A stretch of DNA of 63,082 bases, counting the filler, from Candidatus Woesearchaeota archaeon (lineage in GTDB: Archaea; Nanobdellota; Nanobdellia; Woesearchaeales; B72-G16): the NCBI GenBank assembly GCA_003650545.1. It is 17 parts of 17 records of this genome, joined end to end, with 100 filler letters (N's around TTAATTAATTAA, not from the genome) between each part and the next. Parts side by side here need not be neighbours in the genome. Positions count along the whole stretch, not along the records: positions 1 to 3,784 come from QMQO01000088.1; positions 3,885 to 7,659 come from QMQO01000089.1; 15 more parts are not named here. The stretch is one strand, 5' to 3'. A program made the position numbers and the translations under genes. Below the pieces are notes generated by a model. The model ran no database searches, was not told the DNA's origin, and saw only the letters and a program-made list of their open reading frames with translations. Below, piece after piece: positions 1 through 7,759 of this stretch (its first letter is position 1; every line of letters starts with the position of its first letter).

Positions 1-162
1 AGCTTTACTTCCAAGTCTCTTATCAACTTTAATGGCCTTGCTCATCACTAAAGGAAAACACAAACCTGCTTTAAACACTTTTTCGAAATTCAGCACTCCA
101 CGCAACTAGTAGGCAGATAGTACATACCATGAAATGTCGAGCTAATAAGTTGTTTAGGGAAA

Positions 163-209
163 TGGCGGGCCCGGCGGGACTCGAACCCGCGGCCCCCGGC
201 TTAGAAGGC
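163..209 (-). mobile_element. 3' fragment of an archaeal tRNA-Arg(TCT), interpreted as an integration att site
   Basis: Minus strand reads GC-CTTCTAA-GCCGG-GGGCC-GCGGG-TTCGAGT-CCCGC-CGGGCCC-GCCA (anticodon loop, T-arm, acceptor strand, CCA). The 5' half is absent and replaced by AT-rich sequence. Confidence 0.85.
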
Positions 210-382
210 TTGAAATTTATATACTAACGTTTCAGTAATTCATGATAAACTGAAACACTTCATCACACCATATTATCCTAAATGATCATCAAAATTGCAG
301 AATGAAACATTAGTAGAGAATGATGTTAATTTTTATAATCAAATTAATTGGCGAGTGTTTATAACTTCATTATTATGTTTGA

Positions 383-574
383 TTGGATGATCTAAAGAGC
401 ATTATATACAACCCATATGAGCCTAATAAGAATACTATGAGAAAAGTAATAGACGCATTGCAAGGAAGAGCCATACCAAGAGAATACAAAATACTTAGAA
501 AATACTACCTAGCATTCGCAATAAAAGAAAATATATACAACCAAGAAAAAGCCACTTATTTGCGCACTTCTTAG
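383..574 (+). pseudogene. Remnant of an SSV1-type tyrosine integrase C-terminus
   Basis: VIDALQGRAIPREYKILRKYYL resembles the IDxxQGRxP...ILxxxY catalytic-tyrosine region of archaeal SSV-type integrases (recalled). It lies just after the tRNA fragment, whose reverse complement translates MAGPAGLEPAAPGLEG as in att-split integrases. Confidence 0.6.
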
Positions 575-580
575 CGTTTT

Positions 581-925
581 TCATTTTAAACTGAAATTTA
601 TCACATGTGAAACACTTAGCAGATGAGTCCAGTAGCATTTATGGAATATTAATTGGAATAGCTTTCTCTCATCATCTTTACTGATCTTACTTTCCATGAA
701 ATCAGTAATTCTCCTAAAAATCATGTATGGAATAGCACTGACAAAAAGAATGTTTCGCTGAATAGCCTTATTCTCAAAGTCATCTATCACATATCTATAG
801 AACTTTAACCATTTAACTGTTGGATCCCTAGAAACAATTACACCTAAAACTTCCATTGGCGTCGGAACCAAAGCTATATCTCTCTCAACTGCTCTAAAAG
901 TACAATTACTGCTCAACCTTAACAA
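581..925 (-). CDS. Hypothetical protein, possibly a degraded gene fragment
   Basis: 114-aa ORF with weak start context and no recognised family. Confidence 0.3.
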   Translation of the reverse strand: MLRLSSNCTFRAVERDIALVPTPMEVLGVIVSRDPTVKWLKFYRYVIDDFENKAIQRNILFVSAIPYMIFRRITDFMESKISKDDERKLFQLIFHKCYWTHLLSVSHVINFSLK

Positions 926-1559
926 AAATCAAGGTAACACATACATCCACTAAGAAGATTATTTACATAGACAAGTATTATTGGAACAACCAATGGCATG
1001 ACAATCCACCACCAAACGGACAATTCATGGGATATAAGTTGTATAAACGTGAAGTTAAGAAGTATCCAGTAAGTGGAAAAATAACAATTAAAACACCAGA
1101 ATGGGCAAATCTTGTTGAAAGCTTCAGTGAAAAAGGCGGTCCAAAACTATCAAGTAAAAGCCAGACACTAAACTTCGGACCATACTCGAAAGAGTGAAAC
1201 TATAACTTAAAGGCAAGCTCATGGCTAACTAAAAACAACATACTAGGCCAGCTAAATTATACGGCTAAAACTTTAACTGCAATATATAGCTGGAAAAACA
1301 ATTATGGTGACAGTGATTGCTACAAGTGATTGTGTAATTATTGAGCGGGCAACTAAGGTTCTTGACCTGGCTGGCCATATTATACGAAGACATTTCTCAA
1401 ATCTTATTTTAAAATAATTAAAATATATTGATTTTATAACTTAGCCTATAGTGGTCTCCTTATATAGTTTATAGTTTGATGTATAATAATATACACTATT
1501 ACTCTTTTATTTAACGAAAAATATATATTTAAAAAAATAGAAGAAAGTGGAGGAGATGG

Positions 1560-1706
1560 ATGATGGTAGCTAAGTACGAAGTAGAACCAATAGCAGAATT
1601 TTGTTTTGCATGCTTCCTATGTGAGGGTTGTCTTTCATGCGGTACTTCTCCTGCAATAATCGTTGTAGCTAATTCAACAACTGTAGCAGTGCTTTTTGGA
1701 GAGTAA
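1560..1706 (+). CDS. Cys-rich RiPP precursor peptide (thurincin H-like sactipeptide), 48 aa; missed by the ORF track
   Basis: MMVAKYEVEPIAEFCFACFLCEGCLSCGTSPAIIVVANSTTVAVLFGE; GGAGGAG RBS at 1549-1555; five Cys at i+3 spacing; stop codon lies 1 nt before the rSAM ATG. Confidence 0.85.
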   Translation: MMVAKYEVEPIAEFCFACFLCEGCLSCGTSPAIIVVANSTTVAVLFGE

Positions 1707-1707
1707 T

Positions 1708-3086
1708 ATGAAACATTATGTACAAACTTCTTCAAGAGAGAATATACTTACGAAATATCCTGTACTTTCGGATTCTATTTTGCTACACAAAGCACCCGAG
1801 GGAGCATATCTAATAGAACGACCACGTATAAACGAATCATCAACTAGATCTTCCATGAGATACGCATTAATAAATCAAGATGCTCTTAATCTACTTCTTT
1901 TATGCAATGGAACACGAACAGTCAAGGAAATTTTGGAAATTTTGTCAAAAAATGAGCAAGAGTTTAAAGGTAATTTAATTTTTATTTTAAAAGCATTGAA
2001 TTTTAACCATATTTATCTGCTGGACTCTCCATTGGCTAGAGGCAAAGATTTTTCAAGTATTATTAAAGGAAGTTACAAGTACACTATTCCTTTACATCTA
2101 GTCATTGAATTAACTTATAAATGCAATTTTAGGTGTAAACATTGTTATGCTTTTTCCTCATTTAATTACAGTGAAGAAATTAAAACAGATGCATTATTAT
2201 TCATTCTTAAAAAATATGCTAAAGCTGGTTCTAGAATTGTTGAATTAACGGGGGGAGAGCCTCTTCTGCATAGTAATTTCCTTGACATCCTTGAGTTTTG
2301 TTGTAAAAACTTTCTCATAGTAAGTGTAATTACTAATGGTTATTATATTGATAGAAATTTAGTCAAAATATGTCAGAAGTATAGAGATGTTATTAGCTTT
2401 AGCATAACTCTATTTAGCGATTCTTCCGATTATCATGACTATTTTACTGGAGTTTCTGGCTCTTTTGACAGAGCTGTGAATAGTATAAAAATGTTAGCAG
2501 ATGCTAAAATAAGAGTGAGAGTTTCAACGTGTATTACACCTCAGAATTATACTAAAATTGAAAATGTTATTGAACTTGCAAAAAAATAGGTGCTTCGTCC
2601 TTTGCTTACTCTCCGATATTACCCTTTGGAAGAGCTTCAAGAAGCTATAATACTCTTAAACTCTCATCTAATCAAGTAAAAATGCTTATGAGAAAAGTAA
2701 AAAAGCTACGGCGTAAATTTAGAGGATTTATACAAATAATTCCTGAACATATTGTTGAAAGTTTCATTAATATTGGATGTGGTGCAGGGCGAAAATCTAT
2801 AGTTATCAATCCTAAAGGTGAAGTAAGACCTTGCATAATGCTACCTTCCACTTATTTATATATGGGCAATATTTTTCGTGATTCTTTAGAGAATATTATG
2901 TTAATATTTAATGACCTACATCTTACATTTCCTAATAAAGATGTCTGCAAAAAATGTTCTCATTTAGCGTTTTGTTTAGGGTGTATTGCCAGAGGGATTA
3001 AAATGTGGGAGTCATTGAAAGATGAGTGTACTTGGGGTTGTAAAATGAATTTACGTGCAAAAATATTTGGTGATTCTAATGGGTGA
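1708..3086 (+). CDS. PqqD/RRE + radical SAM + SPASM peptide maturase, interrupted by a -1 frameshift at an A7 run (2580-2586)
   Basis: RRE-like INQDALNLLLLCNGTRTVKEIL; CNFRCKHC; ELTGGEPLLH. The -1 frame continues IGASSFAYSPILPFGRA with no stop into the SPASM region CGAGRKSIVINPKGEVRPC...CKKCSHLAFCLGC (ORFs 1696-2589 and 2682-3086). Confidence 0.9.
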
Positions 3087-3784
3087 TTATATTGTTATAT
3101 TTGATAGTGTATCGAAGTTTTATCATAGCAGGCTTGGTGTTAATGATATTTCATTTAGAGTGAATTGTGGTGAAATTGTAGGCTGTATTGGTCCAAACGG
3201 TGCTGGTAAAACTACTATTTCTAAGTTGATGGCTGGATTACTTAAGCCTACTAGAGGGATAGTGAAAGTTTTTGGTGAAAATCCATTTAATAATGTTAAT
3301 ATTAAGTTTAGAATTGGTTTACTATTGGATTTTGATGGTATGTATGATGAACTCACAGTATATGATAATCTTCTTTTTCTTAGTAGAGCTTATAACTTGG
3401 ATGCTGGAAGATCGAAGTTGAAGGATTTACTTAGACAGGTTGGTTTAGAAGATGAATTGGATACTATTGTTGGTAAACTTTCTAAGGGTATGCGGAGAAG
3501 ACTTTCTCTTGTTGGAGCTTTAATTCATGATCCTGAGCTTCTAATTCTTGATGAACCTCTTGTTTTCTTGGATTTAACTTGGCAGGAAAGAATTAAGCGT
3601 TTAATTAGATCTTTGAGGGATGAAGGGAAGACTATTTTTATAACATCTAATGATTTGATGTTAGTTGATGATTTAGCTGAGAAAATTATATTGCTAGATA
3701 AGGGTAGGCTTGTTATTCAAGGTGTTAAGAGTGAGATTAAAGAGATGCTTTCTAGAGGTGTTGTTAAGGTTACATTTTTTGATG
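3079..3784 (+). CDS. ABC transporter ATP-binding protein (export/immunity type), truncated at contig end
   Basis: Walker A GPNGAGKT, signature LSKGMRRR, Walker B LILDEP; GGTGA RBS before ATG 3079; overlaps the rSAM stop. Confidence 0.93.
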
Positions 3785-3884
3785 NNNNNNNNNNNNNNNN
3801 NNNNNNNNNNNNNNNNNNNNNNNNNNNNTTAATTAATTAANNNNNNNNNNNNNNNNNNNNNNNNNNNNNNNNNNNNNNNNNNNN
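3785..3884. other. Artificial contig linker (N44-TTAATTAATTAA-N44), first of 16. The others are at 7660-7759, 11530-11629, 15398-15497, 19242-19341, 23075-23174, 26896-26995, 30640-30739, 34356-34455, 38042-38141, 41727-41826, 45354-45453, 48964-49063, 52547-52646, 56098-56197 and 59632-59731
   Basis: Identical 100-nt spacer with stop codons in all six frames; composition and gene content change abruptly across each one; contig lengths decrease monotonically. Confidence 0.99.
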
Positions 3885-4104
3885 CAGCGGATTCCTTTAG
3901 GATTTTTTTGAGTTTTTCAGAGGGTTCCAGATGTCGTTTCTCGTTCATCTCCAAAAAGTCTTTCTCAAGAAACCTCAGTATGTCTTCTATACAGTTCCGC
4001 ATTATTTCTGAACGGGAAGAATTGAAAACGTCAGCCCACACATCAATTTTCTGTATGACTTCGCTGGATAATCGGGTTAAGGGAATCGGTTTCTTACCCA
4101 TCAT
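3885..4104 (-). CDS. Ribbon-helix-helix (CopG-like) DNA-binding protein, truncated
   Basis: LTRLSSEVIQKIDVWADVFNSSRSEIMRNCIE fits the RHH pattern. Confidence 0.7.
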
Positions 4105-4189
4105 TCATCGGAAAGTCTATTTCTTATACATCGTATATAAAATTAACTGTCGAAAAATCTAGACAAACAATCTAAAAAAATAGAGGACC

Positions 4190-4951
4190 CTAGTCGAAAA
4201 CCTTCTTTTTCCGTTTCCACTTAACCTTCTTTTCCTTCTTGGATTTCCATCTTCCACCCTTAACCGTTCGGGTCTTCCAAGTCCGCTTACTTTCTTGGTA
4301 TTGACTCACAAGCACGGCGAAACCGATAACTCCAGCTACGGCAACAACTCCCCAAGTCCTCAAATCAACTTCTGGACGGACAATAGGAACAATGGGAACA
4401 TATCCTCCAGCTCCCGAAGTTCCAGTTCCACCAGCAGAACCAGAACCCCCAGCAGAATCGCTTGGAGCTTCAGTCCAGAGAAACTCCCAAGTATCAGATG
4501 AAGCGAAAGTCCCAGTAACCGTAATGTCATCGTTAGCGTCTATGTCCCATCCTTTTCCCTCATCAACTTCAACACCATTCTTATAGACAGCGGATGGTCT
4601 TCCAAGTCCAGCAGTGTAGAACGTGACCGAATAACTGTCTCCAGAGGAACCAGAAACAGTAAATTTAACCTTCTTATCCAGAAACAAGTCATTAATCGTC
4701 ACGGTTCCACCAGACGCTTTGATATGCCAAGTGTCTAATGTTAAACCATCCATCCGAATACTAGTGAACTCCACTCTTGCAGAAGTGAATTTTATTTTTC
4801 CTACGCTTATAGAATTCTCAAAGAGTATGGTTCCAGTTCCAGTATGAAACTTCGGACCAGTATTTACCGTCCAACCAAGACATGAAAGATAAGGAATAAA
4901 GAGAAAGATGAGAAGAAAGGTAAGGAGAAGTTTTTTGGATTGGACATTCAC
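4190..4951 (-). CDS. Membrane-anchored beta-rich protein (putative virion surface protein)
   Basis: N-terminal signal, beta-rich ectodomain, Gly/Ser linker, C-terminal TM helix and Lys/Arg-rich tail. Confidence 0.6.
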   Translation of the reverse strand: MNVQSKKLLLTFLLIFLFIPYLSCLGWTVNTGPKFHTGTGTILFENSISVGKIKFTSARVEFTSIRMDGLTLDTWHIKASGGTVTINDLFLDKKVKFTVSGSSGDSYSVTFYTAGLGRPSAVYKNGVEVDEGKGWDIDANDDITVTGTFASSDTWEFLWTEAPSDSAGGSGSAGGTGTSGAGGYVPIVPIVRPEVDLRTWGVVAVAGVIGFAVLVSQYQESKRTWKTRTVKGGRWKSKKEKKVKWKRKKKVFD

Positions 4952-4971
4952 GCTTTCAACCCCTCATTATT

Positions 4972-6615
4972 TTATTTAATAAGTTCAATCGTAACTGAGT
5001 GGACAGTTGAGCTTGCACTTGCACTTGTTACTAATTGTATGCAAACTCTATCTCCTGCGGATAAGGTGATGTAATCTGCGTTATCGGAGTTTGTTCTTGA
5101 AGAGTCAGAGACCACTACGCTCAGATCGGTAGACGCTCCATTTACCCGTAAAGTATATGTAAAGCTTTCCCCAGTTCCAGGTGCAGAACCAGCGATCACG
5201 TACATGTTGCGTGCAACACAATCGAATGGAACTACATATTCTGCATTCGCTTCTACTGTCGCCTGTCCCGATAATCCTATATATACTGTGCTATCTGCAG
5301 ATACAGAGGTGTAAGACGTAAACGTTAGCATGGCGAAGGTTATTTGCGAATGATATGGTTCACCGTTCTTTATGATCGTGTTTTTAGCATTAGCTCCAGC
5401 ATCGTCGTTAATGTCAACCGTATTACCTGTAAAGAAAGCGTCTATATGATTAGATGTTGTATCTGAGCTGCTGGTCAAATTTAAAGCGTTATCGTTATTT
5501 TCAAGCAGTATGCCAAATATCCAATTGTCATAAAAATTAATTCTGATTCCTGTGGTAGCTCCTGCAACCTCTCCCCCATAGAATTTGTTTGACGACCCAA
5601 TATCAATATCTATTCCTATGCTATTTGCGACATTCGTAGTTATCATTACATTATAGAAGTTATTTTGGTTCGCTTGACCACTACCTTTAACACCTGTCAA
5701 TTTTATACCATATTTGCAGTTCCAAATTTTAACATTCTCTATATGATTTCTAATGGCTGGGGTTGATGTCCCCCCATAATTGCCATCGAGAAAAATTGCA
5801 TACTCAAAATTTTCAATAAGCAGATTGATCAAAGTGCTTTCTACAAGGCCAGTTGCGTTAATAGCAACTTGATCGCTATCACCCTTAAGCCTTAAGTTCG
5901 CTATACCTCCATATTTCGTTCTAGATGTTGGATCGGCAACTCTAAAGATTCCGCATGACTGCCCAGTTGCATCTAATATTGTTGAGTCTTCTCCTTCACC
6001 AACATACCAAACCCCAGTTTTCCAATCTATCACAGAAGTAATCGTGAACGTACCTTTCAAGACTATTTTCCCCCCAGTAGCTGGAAGAGCATTAGAAGCA
6101 GCTTGTATTACTGCACTTGCGTTTGAACCGTCCACTCCACCAGCATCCCAAGCTCCACCATACTGAATCTGACCGCTCGTAGTGTTCTTGGCATAAACAT
6201 CGTTTGTTGAAGTGTCATTCCGGATGATGAATGTTGCGGTCTGTTCTGGATATGCAAGGACATCTGTTCTGTTCTGCAATACTCCAGACAGGTAGGTGTA
6301 CCAGTGCATACCAGTAATGTTCTCTGCTTGTAGTTGTCCAGACCATAGTTCTGTTGTGAATGGGTTTCCAGTATATCGCATTTTGAGTTTCTGTTCCAAT
6401 TCTTCTAGACTAGAGACTCCGTAATTCTTTTCTAGAAATGATTGGAGTTCTGTCTGTTTTTCTTCTAGTTGGGTGAGTCTTTCGGATAGAATGAGGTTTG
6501 TATTTTCTAGTGTGTTTATTTGGTATGCGAGAAATGAGAGGGAGAGCATGAATGTGAGGAAGAAGGCGAGGAATGCTTTCATGGAGAATTTGATTTCACG
6601 TTTAGAATCCGTCAT
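4972..6615 (-). CDS. Membrane-anchored spike/adhesin with a pectate-lyase-like parallel beta-helix
   Basis: N-terminal TM plus coiled coil; tailspike-like entry motif NASAVIQAASNALPATGGKIVLKG; Asn/Ile/Gly beta-helix repeats; C-terminal beta-sandwich. Confidence 0.7.
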   Translation of the reverse strand: MTDSKREIKFSMKAFLAFFLTFMLSLSFLAYQINTLENTNLILSERLTQLEEKQTELQSFLEKNYGVSSLEELEQKLKMRYTGNPFTTELWSGQLQAENITGMHWYTYLSGVLQNRTDVLAYPEQTATFIIRNDTSTNDVYAKNTTSGQIQYGGAWDAGGVDGSNASAVIQAASNALPATGGKIVLKGTFTITSVIDWKTGVWYVGEGEDSTILDATGQSCGIFRVADPTSRTKYGGIANLRLKGDSDQVAINATGLVESTLINLLIENFEYAIFLDGNYGGTSTPAIRNHIENVKIWNCKYGIKLTGVKGSGQANQNNFYNVMITTNVANSIGIDIDIGSSNKFYGGEVAGATTGIRINFYDNWIFGILLENNDNALNLTSSSDTTSNHIDAFFTGNTVDINDDAGANAKNTIIKNGEPYHSQITFAMLTFTSYTSVSADSTVYIGLSGQATVEANAEYVVPFDCVARNMYVIAGSAPGTGESFTYTLRVNGASTDLSVVVSDSSRTNSDNADYITLSAGDRVCIQLVTSASASSTVHSVTIELIK

Positions 6616-6682
6616 GGCTGTTCATTTATGTTTTCTGTTTTCTCATATTTAAAATTTTAAAGGTTTTACTTAAGAAAGTTAG

Positions 6683-6770
6683 ACATGGGGAGCGGAGCCA
6701 TATTCCCCATGTGTCCACTAAAGGCATTTTGGGGGCGCCCTAGCACATATTCATTACACGGCTCCGCATC
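6683..6770 (-). ncRNA. Candidate structured small RNA (pseudoknot or switch)
   Basis: GC-rich island in an AT-rich intergenic gap. 9-bp stem 6683-6691/6704-6712 whose loop (6692-6699) is complementary to 6760-6767; a further G-U-containing stem in between; TTAAATA box at 6791-6797 on the minus strand. Confidence 0.45.
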
Positions 6771-6824
6771 AAAGAAGTATAATCTTTTCATATTTAAGTT
6801 TTAAGATAAAAAAGAGGGAAAGTT

Positions 6825-7298
6825 TTAGGTTATCCATACGTCTATATGGAAGGTTCCAGCATGCTCTGTAACGTCACTGCTTATCGTCATTACTATTTTG
6901 ATGGTGAATTTCATGGTTTGCGGGCTGTTAATCTCGTAAGATGTGGTTGGGTTGGATGGTGTGAGCTTTGCGACTTCCACGTTTGAATCATCCAGTATGA
7001 CGATTTCTAGGTTCTGGAAATCTGAAGGTTCTGTTACGTTTAGTCTGAAGTTGATTGTGACTTTTCCAGTCTTATAGGCGGTTACTTTCAAGATGTTCTC
7101 ATAGACTTTAGCGTATGTTTCTCCAGCCATCAAAGTTCCCAAATCATACGGGTTACCGTTCCATGATGCGGTTCCGATCGGTTTAACGGTATAATTAAAT
7201 GTTGCAGTATAGATTTGGATTGCTCTATCAATCGCTATTGTTACAAGGAGACAGAGGGAGATCAGTATGAGGATTTTCAGTATTGCTTTTCGGTTCAT
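6825..7298 (-). CDS. Membrane-anchored beta-sandwich protein, hypothetical
   Basis: 157-aa ORF with an N-terminal hydrophobic helix and alternating beta pattern. Confidence 0.55.
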   Translation of the reverse strand: MNRKAILKILILISLCLLVTIAIDRAIQIYTATFNYTVKPIGTASWNGNPYDLGTLMAGETYAKVYENILKVTAYKTGKVTINFRLNVTEPSDFQNLEIVILDDSNVEVAKLTPSNPTTSYEINSPQTMKFTIKIVMTISSDVTEHAGTFHIDVWIT

Positions 7299-7385
7299 GT
7301 CTAAAAAATTGAAAATAGGTGATTTTTAAAGCTAACTCACTAAAAAATGGATATTTGCCGAGCTTTTCTGTATAGAGTTTTAGGG

Positions 7386-7613
7386 TTATTTCCGCAATTC
7401 CCTAAGCCTTAAAGCTAGCCTTGCCCTTTGACCGATCTTCCCAGGTTTCTTAGCGTCTTCACGCATAATGCTAACCTTTATGGTTCCCCTCTCCGTGAAT
7501 CCCTTTTCTCCATATCTTCGATAGACGCTTCGCCTATAGGCTCCTGGTTTCTTGATTGCTTTTTGAATCCAGTATTTTTTGCTTCTTCTTGTTCTCCTTC
7601 TTCCCCTACTCAT
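7386..7613 (-). CDS. Small basic DNA-binding virion protein, SSV1 VP2-like
   Basis: WIQKAIKKPGAYRRSVYRRYGEKGFTERGTIK...LALRLRELRK closely follows SSV1 VP2 as recalled (WVQKAIKRPGRVHRYLMRLYGKRAFTKDGDIK...LAKRLKRM); AAGGAG RBS. Confidence 0.75.
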   Translation of the reverse strand: MSRGRRRTRRSKKYWIQKAIKKPGAYRRSVYRRYGEKGFTERGTIKVSIMREDAKKPGKIGQRARLALRLRELRK

Positions 7614-7759
7614 CTACATTAACTCCTTTTTATTTTTTCCTATAAACAACCCTATAAGCNNNNNNNNNNNNNNNNNNNNNNNNNNNNNNNNNNNNNNNNN
7701 NNNTTAATTAATTAANNNNNNNNNNNNNNNNNNNNNNNNNNNNNNNNNNNNNNNNNNNN

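Noticed and set aside
163..209. Functional, intron-containing or split tRNA-Arg
   Set aside because: No 5' exon within the contig and no GC-rich pairing leader; the adjacent integrase remnant favours an att site
1529..1735. 68-aa minus-strand ORF from the ORF track
   Set aside because: Antisense shadow of the plus-strand Cys-rich precursor, which has the RBS and the operon coupling
6683..6770. Hammerhead, HDV-like, twister or pistol ribozyme
   Set aside because: No CUGAnGA/GAAA core, and the P3/P4 elements of the HDV fold are missing; kept only as an unclassified candidate RNA
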